DNA of 64,000 nt from Eledone cirrhosa. Lineage: Eukaryota. The notes under the pieces were generated by a model that saw only the letters and a list, made by a program, of their open reading frames with translations, was not told where the DNA came from and did not search any database. Location of the stretch: positions 67,022,001-67,086,000 of the forward strand of contig OZ024746.1 of the NCBI GenBank assembly GCA_964016885.1. The letters are read 5' to 3'. A program made the position numbers and the translations under genes. Below are positions 24,468 to 36,853 of the stretch, in pieces (the first letter of the stretch is position 1; every line of letters starts with the position of its first letter).

Positions 24468-26459
24468 TTAATCGTCCCTTCGGCTGGTCGTCGGCTCTTC
24501 TATGAGTATGTCCGAATATACTCTCCGGTTGAGAGTCCCTCCTAGGTCTCTGAAATCACCAACTGCGTTGGGGAATTTCGTTTTAATGTTTGTGTATTGT
24601 TTCTGTGTTATTTTTAGCAGTCTTATGTTAGTTGGCGTTTTGATTGGTGCTGGTATTATGTAGTCGTGTTGCGAAATGTCTGTGTGTTCAATTATGTAAG
24701 TCATTAGTTTCTTGTTGTGTGTATTTATTGCCGTGCATTTGTTTTTCTGGGGGTGGGGTGTGGTTCTGCTATTTTCTTGTCGTTGTTGCTGGGTGTGTGT
24801 GTTTTGTTGTTGTGTTTGCGATGTTGGTGCTTGTGGTGGTGGTGTTGAAGGTGTTGTTGGCGGTGGGGTTGTCGCCGGTGGTGATGGTGGTGCTAGTGTG
24901 GGTGGTGATGGTGTCGGTGGTGTTGCTGCTGTGAGTCTCTTTGCAGTAGACTTTACCCTTTTCTCATTTCTTTCCTCCCTTTTCAAAGGCGACGATGCCC
25001 TGCTTCTGCGTTTGTGCCTTCTTACGACCTTTTACCATCCCTCTCCCACCTCACACTCCATGTCTGATTCTGTGAGGTCGGGGAGGGGTACCAGCTCCAC
25101 TCTTTCACTTGTTGTTGTTGGTGATGTTTGCACTGGAGTCTCTGTTGCAGCTGCATTTGGTATTGCTGTTGTTGTTAATATTTCCACTGCTGCTGCTGTT
25201 TTTGATTTCCGTGGCTGGGTATGGGTGCCACGGACCTATCGTTCCTGGTTGCCGCTTGTCCTGTTGCTGGTAGCCGTGGAGCAGGTTTCGGAAGGAGGGG
25301 GTTTTCTCCTTTCTAGGGTCTTCTCGTTGCAGAAGGCCCTGAGGTGAGTCTTCCATCCACAGCGAAAGCATTTTGGGCGTTTGCCCTCAACACTTATGGG
25401 CAGTTGAGTGCCGTTATCGAAGTCTATCACATCCGGGATAGCTTCGATGCACTCCTGGTTGGTTTGGATTAACATCTCAATGGAGGTGCCGACCCAATCT
25501 TCTCTTACTTTTTTCTGTACTTGCAGTACAGTTGTTTTGTCCTCGATTCCGACGAGGACAGACGCGGCCAGCCAAGAAGGGGCCATCCCGGGGGGGATGT
25601 GGGTCAGTTTGACCCTCACAATTTTTTGCCCGCAGTAGGAGGGCACCAACACCATTTCCTCGCTCCTTAGGGTCACTACGGATTGGGCCTTTGCCTCCTG
25701 GGGTGTGGCAAAAAGTACGTCTACGGTGGCATATTTTTTGCCTCGGGTGATGTGCGTTTTCCGCTGCCACACAGATCCCAAGGCTTCTTGTATTTGAGCC
25801 TCTGTGGCTCTTTCCACCCTACGGGAATTTGTACTTACTGTACGGTACGTGACCGTACAGTGCTGTTGGGTTTCGAAAAAATTTTCCGCTGCCTTGCAGA
25901 TTGCTCGGTGTCCAGTCTTTGTCACCATCTTCTTCACTTCCTCTAATTCCTCATTTGTTATGAGGATTGTTTCCAAGTTTTTCGCAATACCTGCAAATGA
26001 GATTGGTTTTTCTTTGCTGCTGTTGTTGTTGTTGTCGTCAGAGCTGCTGTTACTTTTGTTGTTGCTGCAGGTACTACGACTACTGCCTCCGCCGCTGTTA
26101 CTGTGGTTGTTGTTGGTGTTGCTGCTGCTAATACTGTTGTTGTTTATGCTGCTGGTGATGCTGTTGCAGCTGCTACTGTTGTTTTCATTGTCACTGTTGT
26201 TGTTGTTATTACGGCTGCTACTGCTATTATTCCTGACGTCAGACGAATGAACTGGGTTTTCGTATTTCCCGCACACCTGTTTCGTCGCTGTCGTCGTGGA
26301 GAAACCTTGCACGCTTTGCAGGAGACTTTTCTTTTCTTTCGTCGCTTGCGAAAGAGAAGGGAGGGAGAGAGACAATCTTCTCTCTGCTGTAGTGATGATT
26401 GAGGAAGAAGAAGACGGAATGAGTGGGAGTGACCTATGAAATTTCTTTTTCGTAGCCAT
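24468..26459 (-). pseudogene. Tx1-like ORF1 of a second subfamily (frameshifted)
   Basis: ORFs 25236-26459 and 24468-24986. Knuckle RPKCFRCGWKTHLRAFC. Homologous to, but clearly diverged from, ORF1 of copies A and B. Confidence 0.85.
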
Positions 26460-27825
26460 GTTGTTGTTTTTTTGTTTAAAATAAATATTGGGTACAAAAC
26501 CCCAATAAGCAGTTATTTAACCCCGAAGGGCCAAATAACGGGCAGAAAGACCCCTCTCACGAGGAGGAGGGTGTTTTTGTCTACAAGTTCGTTAAAGTTT
26601 TAAACAATTTACAATTGTTATAGTGTTCAAAATTTACAATACCTTACAGAGCCGAGCCTCCGTCAACCATAGCATTCAATAATAATAATAATAATAATAA
26701 TAATGGCAAACGTAGTAATATTTACAATGGTGGTGTCGGTGTGAGGTGTTAGTTTGTGAGGAAGGAGTGACTCTGAGTCGTCCATGATTTTTCAAAGAAA
26801 AATGTTTGTTTGATAATTATAAAAGTTTAAATTTTGGGCTCAAGGCCCCAATCTTTTTGGGTGTCATTTTCAGATAACAATGTATGTGCACTTATATACA
26901 GTTAACAATAAGAATTTTCCATAAATGGAAATTTTAAACAACTGAAAATAAGAAACCTTTGCGGAGCTCACGATGATACGATTTACTACGTAGGTCGCCA
27001 ATAATAATAATAATAATATCGCTCCCGTAGGTTTTTGATTTTTACTTGTTTAAAACAACTGTGAATGAATAATTCTTATTACAAATGAAGCATAAGATTA
27101 CAGTTTTTTTACGCTCAGCAAGCCATAACGCATTACATTACGGCATAGGGCCCCAATATTTAATATTTAATTTTGGATCAGAAATGTTATAGTCGAAAAA
27201 GAGGAAAATGGCAAAATGGCTAAATAGCTAAATGGCTAAGTGGACAGACAGGCAATTAATTTCACCACCAACACCGCCACCGCCACCATCACCACTACCA
27301 CGCCAAAAACTCTAGTCAAGTTACCTCAACTTCTATTTCTACTTCAACTTCAACACTACGATCACATCACCACCACCACTGCCTCATTATCCTACCGCCG
27401 CTATTCTCTCCCACTACCTCCTGCTAAGACATGCATCGTAGTGTCCCCACTAAAAGAAGAAGGCATCAAAAGATATAAATAGACTGATATGATGACTCGG
27501 TCAAAAAATCAAACAACCAAAAATCAAAATCAAAACAGCACAGCAACAACGAAAAACGTAAAGAAAAGAAGAATGAAAAGAAAAACAAACAGACAGAGAA
27601 GGAAAAAAAAAACTAAGTCAGACGTTCAAACATTACATTACAATGAAACTTATGCTTATTCTTTTTTTTTTTTTCACCTATTTGTTTGTTTGTTTATTTA
27701 TGTTCGTCTACAGCGTGATAGTGCCACACTAAAATCACCGGAGGTGATGAAATCACCGGTGGTTATGTAACCATACATTCACCAATCCTCGATAAGAGTG
27801 TTTAAATGTCGAACCTAAACAGTTC

Positions 27826-28880
27826 GAATAACGGTGAAGTGGAGTCTGGAATGTCATGTGACAGACTCTCACCCAGCAGGTGCTCCCTGGATGTCAACCA
27901 AATACTGCTGGTGTCGGAGGAAGAAGAAGAAGGAAAGGGACCAGAACCAACTGAACGAAAGAATTGAATAGAACTGTTATGCAATGTTACCTGAAGATTA
28001 ACCTCAAGGAGAAAGGCTATAGGAAACGGATGCATAACATCTGGAACGAGATTGGTCTATTTAAATTAGATGAACAAAAATTGGCCGGGCAGGCTCGGGT
28101 AATAAGAACTAATGGATGGATAAGCAAGCTGGAACTGGAGGAACTGAGCAGAGAGATTAGGTTGGAAATGGAGAGTGGAGTATGCCAGGCAAACGAGCCA
28201 GTGGGAAATGAAGGTGAAGAGGTTGAGAGAACGGAGGAACCATCTAAAGCAGACAGTGATCTGAATGCTGAAATAAATAATTGTTTCTAATTTAGGCACA
28301 AGGCCAGCAAATACCCAGTGCATTACTGGTACTTTATTTTACCGACCCCGTAAGGATGAAAGGCAAAGTCAACCTCGGCGGGATTAATACCTGGGACAAA
28401 GATACGGTGCTATGAGATTTTAGGATACAGACGGACAAGAAACTGGAACACAATAGACCTGACCTGGTGGTTTTGGACAAGGAAAAAAGATCGTGCCTGA
28501 TTGTGGATGTGGCCTGCCCATTCGACACGAGAGTGCAAAAGAAGGAGAGGGGGAAAATTAACCGATACCGGGATTTACATTGGGATTTAAAAAGGATTTG
28601 GAACTGCCATGAAGTCAAAGTGGTCCCGATTGTCATAGGCGCACTCTCAAAAAGTTTCCAGGGATGGTTAAAGAAAATTGGCCCGGCCCCGCTTTTTGGA
28701 ACACTTCAAAAGGCATGCTTGCTGGGAACAGCAAGAACCCTCCGATACGTCCTGAATATCTGAGGCTGCAGGTAGTGGCTTGATATTCATTTCAACAAAC
28801 TTTCCAGTTAACTAACATCAATGACTGAGACTCAAAGAACAATAATAACAATAATAATAACGACAACAATAACAATAATG
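27826..28880 (+). mobile_element. R4/Dong-like RLE-type non-LTR retrotransposon remnant (RT missing)
   Basis: N-terminal domain VMQCY...GYRKRMHNIW...EQKLAGQARVIRTNGW. C-terminal restriction-like endonuclease DFRIQTD..HNRPDLVVLDK..IVDVACP..KINRY..VVPIVIGAL..LQKACLLGTA. AAT/AAC-rich tail. Confidence 0.82.
28278..28386 (-). mobile_element. 3' half of SINE S1 inside the R4/Dong remnant
   Basis: Reverse complement of the S1 core and 3' end. Confidence 0.85.
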
Positions 28881-29131
28881 ATATACACACACACATATAT
28901 ATATATATAGCGGGAAAGTATCAACACATATATTTTTATTGTTTGACCCGAATTACTTGGTCGTTTTGATTTTGGCTGTGCGGATGATATGTTTAACCAT
29001 CATCTCAGTGTGTTTGGCCCTTAACGTATGTTGTAGCTCTGATTCATATGATTCATCGAGCGCTTGCCACATATATCGGACGTTGATTTTCGTTAATTCC
29101 TGAGCTGAAAACGATTCTCGCTAATTTATAT

Positions 29132-29163
<32 letters not shown>

Positions 29164-29169
29164 CTTTAG

Positions 29170-29385
29170 CGATCGACTTTCGTCAAATCGGACCGAGGAA
29201 ACAATGTTTCCGTCGGTCTTTCTAGTTGCTAGTACTATCTATCGGTCGCAACTCCACGTAGAAGGAACAACGTGAAATAAAGTGTCTTGCCCAAGGACAT
29301 AACGTATCGCCCGGTCCACGAATCGAACTCACAACCTCAAGGTTGTGAATCCAATTCTCTAACCACTCAGCCACACGCCTTCACA
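29170..29385 (-). mobile_element. Second tRNA-derived SINE family (S2)
   Basis: A box tggctgagtgg, B box gagttcgattc, and core gttatgtccttgggcaagacacttt. Related to 57250-57700. Confidence 0.7.
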
Positions 29386-29392
29386 TATATAT

Positions 29393-29441
<49 letters not shown>

Positions 29442-29552
29442 AACATATCTACACACACACATACACACACACACACACATAGCAACTAAGAGCGCTGCAA
29501 TTGAATGTGGTTTTTTTAGCCCAGCCAACGTTCTAAAATTTCTTGCACAGAT

Positions 29553-29795
29553 TTAGCAACCAAAACATTCACTGGGGATAGGCGGCTGTGGTTGGAGTTC
29601 ATGTACTTTTGCATGTTGTTTGAGCCCTCCTGCTGATTTACATTCTTTACCACGTGCTTGGCAAGCATGATGTGTAGCATCTCCAACAGCAGCCTGGTAG
29701 TCCACCACTGATCTCACTTTATGACTGCGAAGATGACGTTCGAGTCCAGCTTTGCTTAGGCAGAGTCTCGAACAGACGCTGTATGTCAGCGCCAT
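29553..29795 (-). mobile_element. C-terminal double zinc-finger fragment, probably of an RTE-clade LINE
   Basis: VCSRLCLSKAGLERHLRSH and ACQARGKECKSAGGLKQHAKVH, next to (TATG)n. No TGEKP linkers. Confidence 0.5.
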
Positions 29796-31246
29796 ACATA
29801 CATACATACATATATACATACATATTGCAATTAAAGTTTACCCTGTTGTTTACAGCTAATGTAAAGCACAGCATGAAATATACCATTATCGCTCTGATAT
29901 ATACTGAATAATTCAAATAATGCCTGACTAGTTCTGGAACTTGAATTTTTCCTTATATGACAAAAGCAAAAACAAATATTTCGCCATTAATCTCTCTGCA
30001 TTATATAATCTGATCTTCTATCCTTTATCTAGTTGTAGGCTTTCGCCCTCAATTATTTTATTTGACCAAATTCAGTCTGACGCTGCACAATCTACAAGTA
30101 ACCTCATATCCATGTTCATGAGAAGATTCCATGATAGGATTTCAAGGAATCACCAAAAAATTAGGAAATACGTGTGTACTGTAATTTTCCAGCTGCCTGC
30201 AGTATATCCATACATTTGTGGGTTGACAAGACTGAATGAGAAATGAGCATCGCTCATGGCATGTTCTGAAATGAAGCAAATAATTCGTCAGCTACACGGA
30301 TTACCATTCCTTCTCTCTATTTAGAGTTTAGCTTTCCAGAAATCAAATGCAGAATAAGGAATTATTAACGTTTAGTTGAGGAATAAGTATAAAGATAATT
30401 ATTACTCACAAAGCCCTTCCACTTGGAAAAGAGACCTGCACCTTATGATAATTCTTGTAAATGTTAACCCAGTGCAACACATATAATTCTAGGTTTGGAC
30501 AGCTGTGTTGCATGTGGGATCTTACTACTTATTTTACTGCACATACCAAGAACAACAATAATGATGATAATGATGGTGGTGACGATGGTGAGGAGGTGGG
30601 GAAAGGTGAAAGAGGAACAGTAGTTGGGGAAAATGATAAGAAAAAGTAAAGGAGGAGAAGGAGGGGAGAGGAGGACAAGTATAAGTAGTAATGGGAGCCG
30701 GAGGAGGAGGAGGAGCAAGACAATGAGGATGACGAGAACGATAACAACACCTGCAATAAGAAGAATGACAATCATTTCTGTTGCATGTGTTCAATGCCTA
30801 GCAGCAAGTGTGACAATTATGTAGAGAAATAAATATCGTAAACAAGAGACTCACCTCACATATACGCAAACAGAAAAAAGAAATGGACAGATTAATATAT
30901 GGACAATACTTAAGGTAGTAACCATCAACGGAAAGGATGTAAAAATCAGAATTGAAGGTCGAGACTTGAACTGTAATATGTGCAGCACGATTACTATGCA
31001 AAGTTTATGAAGAAATTATGCAAAGTATAACATCAAAAACCGCAAAAACACTATTAGCTAGAACTTATACGAAGTAGAAATTATACGAAGTGGAAGTACT
31101 TTGGAACTTCAAAATTCAACGTGGTTATAAAATATCTGAGAGGAATACTAGAATACTGAAAAAGGTCCCTTCAGTAAAAGCGAAGAATTGGAAATCTGGG
31201 AGAACATTTTAATTACTCGCTTTTTCAGTATAATAATCGGCATTTC

Positions 31247-31328
31247 ATATAGAGTGTCCCACAGAAATGTACAAACATATTTATTAGAATGCTGTTGAAG
31301 TGTATACATATTCAGGGACACCTTGTAT
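31247..31328. mobile_element. Possible tiny Tc1/mariner-type MITE
   Basis: Imperfect terminal inverted repeats tatagagtgtccc ... gggacaccttgta with TA flanks. Confidence 0.35.
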
Positions 31329-31781
31329 ATGTTGCAAAAGCATAAATAAAGGAATAACAAATAATATCGAAGTTAGGGATAGGAGTACTGGCGATCTCAG
31401 TATAAAAGCAAGTTTACTCTATTTTCTAGAACTCAACGCCCAGAATCCAACATAGTGATACACAGTATCACATTGCATTCCCATTCTAAATTGAAATAAT
31501 TACTTAGACCTAAACAGAGCTTAGATCACATATCAGGTGATCTATTTTAAAAAAACACTTTCAATTTTCACTGCATCAGAGCTTGAGGAGGACAAACATA
31601 TACAGCTCTGAACTGGGTTTTTTACTATTAATTGTTTGATGAAGATCTCCAGAGCTTATGAATAATTGCAAGGTAACATTCCAATATGATTCTTATCATT
31701 ATTTTTTTTTTTTTTATATTTATCGTCCAATTAATATTGTGGTAACCTTCAAACAAAATATTATTTTTCTTTAATAATAAT

Positions 31782-32150
31782 TGTTTCTACTTTAGGCACA
31801 AGGCCAGCAATTATCCAGTATATTACTGGTACTTTATTTTATCGACTCCGTAAGGATGAAAGGCAAAGTTAACCTCGGCGGGATTTGAACTCAGACTGTA
31901 AAGGGACGTAACTATGCGTCCAACCCTCTACCGATTTTTCTTTAATAATAATAATAATTGTTTCTACTTTAGGCACAAGGCAAGCAATTTGAAGGGGAAG
32001 TGAAATTCTATTGAAACGACCCTAGTATATTACTTGTGCTGTATTTATCGACCTCGGCGGTTTTAGAACTCGGAACGTAAAGGGTCGTAACTCTATGTCA
32101 TGAAGCATGTTGTCCGACGTTCTAATAGTGTCTGATACTGCCAATCTACA
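31782..32150 (-). mobile_element. Two tandem SINE S1 copies, the younger inserted in the tail of the older
   Basis: Copy 31782-31933 has TSD atttttctttaataataat (31763-31781 and 31934-31952). The older copy spans about 31955-32150. Confidence 0.85.
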
Positions 32151-33283
32151 GAAGAAGAAGAAGAAGAAGAAGAAGAAGAAGAAGAAGAAGAAGAAGAAGA
32201 AGAAGAAGAAGAAGAGTAATGGAGATTAGGAGGAGTTGACACTGATTTTTCGCATAGTAGAACGACAGTTACTTTCGGTTGGAGAAATGGTGATGAAATA
32301 TATCTCAATACTTACCTGGTATTTTATTTATTTCGAAGCAAGTAAGATTAATTACTTTGCTGACACATGTGCTATGCGAATTATATCATAAAGGAACACA
32401 AATAAACATCAAAAAGTTTAAGTAATATATCATGTAAATCCTTAGATACTTCTTTGTCTGAATATGGCTGATTCGGAAGGTGAGAATTGAATACAAGGAA
32501 ATTCATACTAGAGGCTTTCATAAGCAAATAACTGGTCATTTGAGGACGGCATATACTCGATAGTATTGTGGACAGAACTTGATTAGTTTTAACATGATGA
32601 TCCGTAAAATTATAACGCAAATCGTATTGTCTAACGTTCTACGTATTCCCCCCATTTGGGGGTTAAGGAAATTAATATGGATTGAAGGACATGCTCTTAA
32701 AAACAGCATGATAAAATAGATAGCAAACAATGTCTGATAATTAGCTTCCTCGTATGAATTATCTCATACATATTTTGTGGATTATGAGTTTATTTCTCTT
32801 ATATTAGTAAAAATCAGCTGCTATACTATATGTCCCTTCGTAGATGCGGAATATGGTTACGGTTTAACCATCGTTTAATGCATATGTGCAGATATAAATT
32901 GTGTAGTTAATATCTATAAAATTCTTTTGATTTTTAAAAGTATATTTTGTTAGTTTTGTGACATCTAGATGTATATATAAAAGGATATACAATATATCTA
33001 TATTGTAAACATACAAATGTCTCGCTGTGAGTATTTTACTCTGTGATTAAGTTTCAACCACATCAAGAATCTTGTTTGTTGAGTGCTTTGAATGGCATTC
33101 TGACATTTATAACCAAACTCTAATTTAATTAGTTTATGAATTACAATTAAACTATTATTAAGATTTAACATACATTTTCTTTTACAAACTAATTCACCAC
33201 ATCCATTTCCAAGAATTTTGTCTGCATAAAAACTTGCAAGAACATTTGTAGAAGTATACTTCCGAAACACACCCACACATACG

Positions 33284-33336
<53 letters not shown>

Positions 33337-33342
33337 ACACGC

Positions 33343-33376
<34 letters not shown>

Positions 33377-33381
33377 ATATA

Positions 33382-33681
<300 letters not shown>

Positions 33682-34771
33682 TAATTGTTCACCATTATCT
33701 CTTTCGAATATATACCATTATTTTTCTGTCCAAGCTGCTGATTTGACAAAGAAAATCAAATTCAAATTTCTGTAGACAAAATATAAACATACACTAAACT
33801 AATTTAGACTAAGAAAATTATCAAAGAAATCTTTTCACCAGTAAAATCTCTGATCTTTCTTTATGTATTTTTCTGTTAATCTAATTGGCATTTTCTACTG
33901 ACACATGCCAAATATTTGCTTCGCTGGAAGACATGTTGACTTCTTATCAACAGAATATCTTTCTACAGAAACACAGAAAATATAAATCAAATTTTATGTA
34001 CATTTGGTGCATTTCACCAAGAAATATTAAACATTAACTCTTGCGAGTTATTTCGGTAGCTGTATATTTGGTAATTCCGTATACTCAACGATAATGGTTT
34101 GGAGCTTCACGTTTGTAACTTTAAATCACTGTTTTATTTGAGATCTCCGCGTAGATTACTGTGATCCTGCATAATGTTAAAATGAAATAAAAAATGAACG
34201 AAGTAAGCAAGAATAAGAGTCACTATGAACTCTATAAAGGATAAAACAAAATATTCGGTACAAAATATATTTTGGATCCTTCAAGCAAAATAACATTGGC
34301 AGATGCTAATGATTGCGCAAACAGAAATTTAGCTAAGTCACATGTGTAGTCTAGACATTCCTAGTGGACTATATTAATATGTTATGTCTTCAATGTTCGT
34401 TATATTTGAATTGACAGTTCCGAAGCCTCAGACATAAACAGGATTTAGTTGAAAGCAATGGAGCCAGTCTCTTGTGGAAAGGTTTAAACTTACAATGACA
34501 AATGCATAAACACATCACAATGAAATCTGAAGGCATTCACAGTTATATATTTACAGCGAAAAATAAATTACTTTATACATTATAGATGTCGAGGGTTGCC
34601 ACGGTAAGTGGATATTTCAATTATTTTTTGGCTTTTCTCAAGTTTCTTAACATTTCGTTCCTTATTCACTTACCGCGAAGTAAACTTGAATTATCTCCAT
34701 GTTAGAGAGAACACACAGAAACAAAGACACCCAAACGCACACAGACGTACGCACGCGCACACACGCACACA

Positions 34772-34811
<40 letters not shown>

Positions 34812-34908
34812 CACACACCCCACACACACAAATACAAATAATTTGTTCGTGGTAGTGGTAAGGTGCCCCTATTTATCCTGTCAGGAATAGTGATATTTGT
34901 AATATAAT

Positions 34909-35083
34909 TGTTTCTACTTTAGGCACAAGGCCAGCAATTACTCAGTGCATTACTGGTACTTTATTTTATCGACCCCGTAAAGATGAAAGGCAAAGTCAAC
35001 CTCGGCGGGATTTGAACTCAGATCGTAAAGGGACGTAACTATGCTGGAAAGCATGGTGTCTGACCCTCTACCGATACTGACAA
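34909..35083 (-). mobile_element. SINE S1 with 12-bp TSD
   Basis: TSD ttgtaatataat at 34897-34908 and 35084-35095. Confidence 0.88.
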
Positions 35084-35256
35084 TTGTAATATAATACTTC
35101 AGAAACCTGTTGAAACAGGTGACCCAGACACCGATCCGCCTTGTAATCTCGTTCAGCACGCCATATACAAGAACAGTGCGGACCTGTTTTCCTCATTACC
35201 ACTTCCTGTAGTGCTTCTGCTACGACTAATGCTACACCCTGCTGGTATAAGTAGTC

Positions 35257-35257
35257 T

Positions 35258-35308
<51 letters not shown>

Positions 35309-35343
35309 CACTACTACTGCTACCACTACTACTGCTACTACTG

Positions 35344-35399
<56 letters not shown>

Positions 35400-35455
35400 G
35401 CTGCTACTACTGCTACTACTACTAGTATTGCTAATACTACTACTCCTACTGCTAC
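35257..35455. repeat. (ACT)n trinucleotide tract
   Basis: Direct observation. It is the source of the poly-T/V/S ORFs in the track. Confidence 0.95.
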
Positions 35456-35671
35456 GATTGCAGCTGTAAGACAACAGCTGTTGAAGTCATAGTCGTGGAA
35501 GTAGTGGATACTCCCATTGTTCTGGTTGTTGTCGGTAATATGTTTGTTGCTATTGCAGTTGATGTTGTTGTTGTTGTTGTTGTTATCCTCATTGCCGCTA
35601 GCGTTGATGATGTATGAGTCCTGAGGTGACCCTATTGGTGTCATTATCATTCATTATTGTTATTGTTGTTA

Positions 35672-35858
35672 GGGCGGTGGATTGGCAGTATCGGTAGAGA
35701 GTCGGACACCATGCTTTGAAGCATAGAGTTACGTCCCTTTATGATCTGAGTTCAAATCCCGCCGAGGTTAACTTTGCCTTTCATCCTCACGGGGTCGATA
35801 AAATAAAGTAACAGTAATATACTGGGTATTTGCTGGCCTTGTGCCTAAAATAGAAACA
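35672..35858 (+). mobile_element. SINE S1 with 19-bp TSD
   Basis: TSD attattgttattgttgtta at 35653-35671 and 35859-35877. Confidence 0.9.
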
Positions 35859-36522
35859 ATTATTGTTATTGTTGTTATTGGTGTGATAAGCCTTGATAAT
35901 TGATACTACACACCAATTGCCCTATCGATTCGGCTTCTCTGCTAGGCAACGCTTCTTAGTACCAGTGTACTGGGCTGTATAGCAGTAATTAAAGAGATAT
36001 GACCTTGACCACCAACATAATACTGCCGTCCACCTCCTCGCCGTAGGTGTTATTGTTGTTGTTGTTGCTGTTGTTCCAGTTTACACAGACATTACTAGGT
36101 TTAATTTTATCTCTCTAGTCTCTTTATTCTTTATATTGCCTTTCTATTCTTTTTATTTGTATTTTATTGTATCTATGTACATTTTGTACATTACCAATAT
36201 GTCGTTAATCATTCACTCCCCAACAGCCCTAAATAAATATGCATAACGGGATCACCTGACCTCTTTCTACAGTTTGAATGTGTTATGTGACTACGAATGC
36301 ATATCTGGTGCAGTGTCGGGTTCCAACAAATATAATCGAATCCTGAGCTGATCGATAGCGAAACAATTGACATATCTATTGAATTTCATTTATGGTTCAA
36401 CCATGTCATCGTTCCTGCTTACTTGTATTTACACTCCACATGTTATAGCCGCCTTGACCCTGGATTAAACTAAAATATAAACCTCACACGAGGCGGAACC
36501 TCGTAACAGCAATAAGTGTTGT

Positions 36523-36585
<63 letters not shown>

Positions 36586-36672
36586 AGAAAGAAAATATCT
36601 TGTTATCTCTTCACATTTATTTAAATACGGTTATCTTATTGCGTTTTGGAGATGATAATATCATTATTTATT

Positions 36673-36853
36673 GGTGGATTGGCAGTATCGGTAGAGAGTC
36701 GGACGCCATGCTTTCCAGCAGAGTTACGTCCCTTTACGGTCTGATTTCAAATCCCGCCGAGGTTTACTTTGCCTTTCATCCTTACGGGGTCGATAAAATA
36801 AAGTACCAGTAATGTACTGGGTAATTGCTGGCCTTGTGCCTAAAGTAGAAACA
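36673..36853 (+). mobile_element. SINE S1 with 10-bp TSD
   Basis: TSD attatttatt at 36663-36672 and 36854-36863. Confidence 0.88.

Larger units (their letters stand above)
21703..27000 (-). mobile_element. Composite Tx1-like element, copy C
   Basis: Minus-strand order: A-type 5' end (26999-26704), (ATT)n, a different 5'UTR plus ORF1 (26677-24426), A-type ORF2 and 3'UTR, (ATT)n tail. A candidate 19-bp TSD ataataataataataatat lies at 21684-21702 and 27001-27019. Confidence 0.88.

Noticed and set aside
22302-26402. Plus-strand ORFs overlapping copy C, and minus-strand ORFs over copies A and B
   Set aside because: These are antisense shadows of GC-richer or low-complexity coding sequence.
29553-29819. 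Host C2H2 zinc-finger gene
   Set aside because: Only two degenerate fingers, no TGEKP linkers, and the start lies in a microsatellite. It fits a LINE C-terminus better.
35672-35770. tRNA gene calls at A/B-box sequences
   Set aside because: No cloverleaf can be formed. These are SINE heads with a shared core, tail and TSDs.
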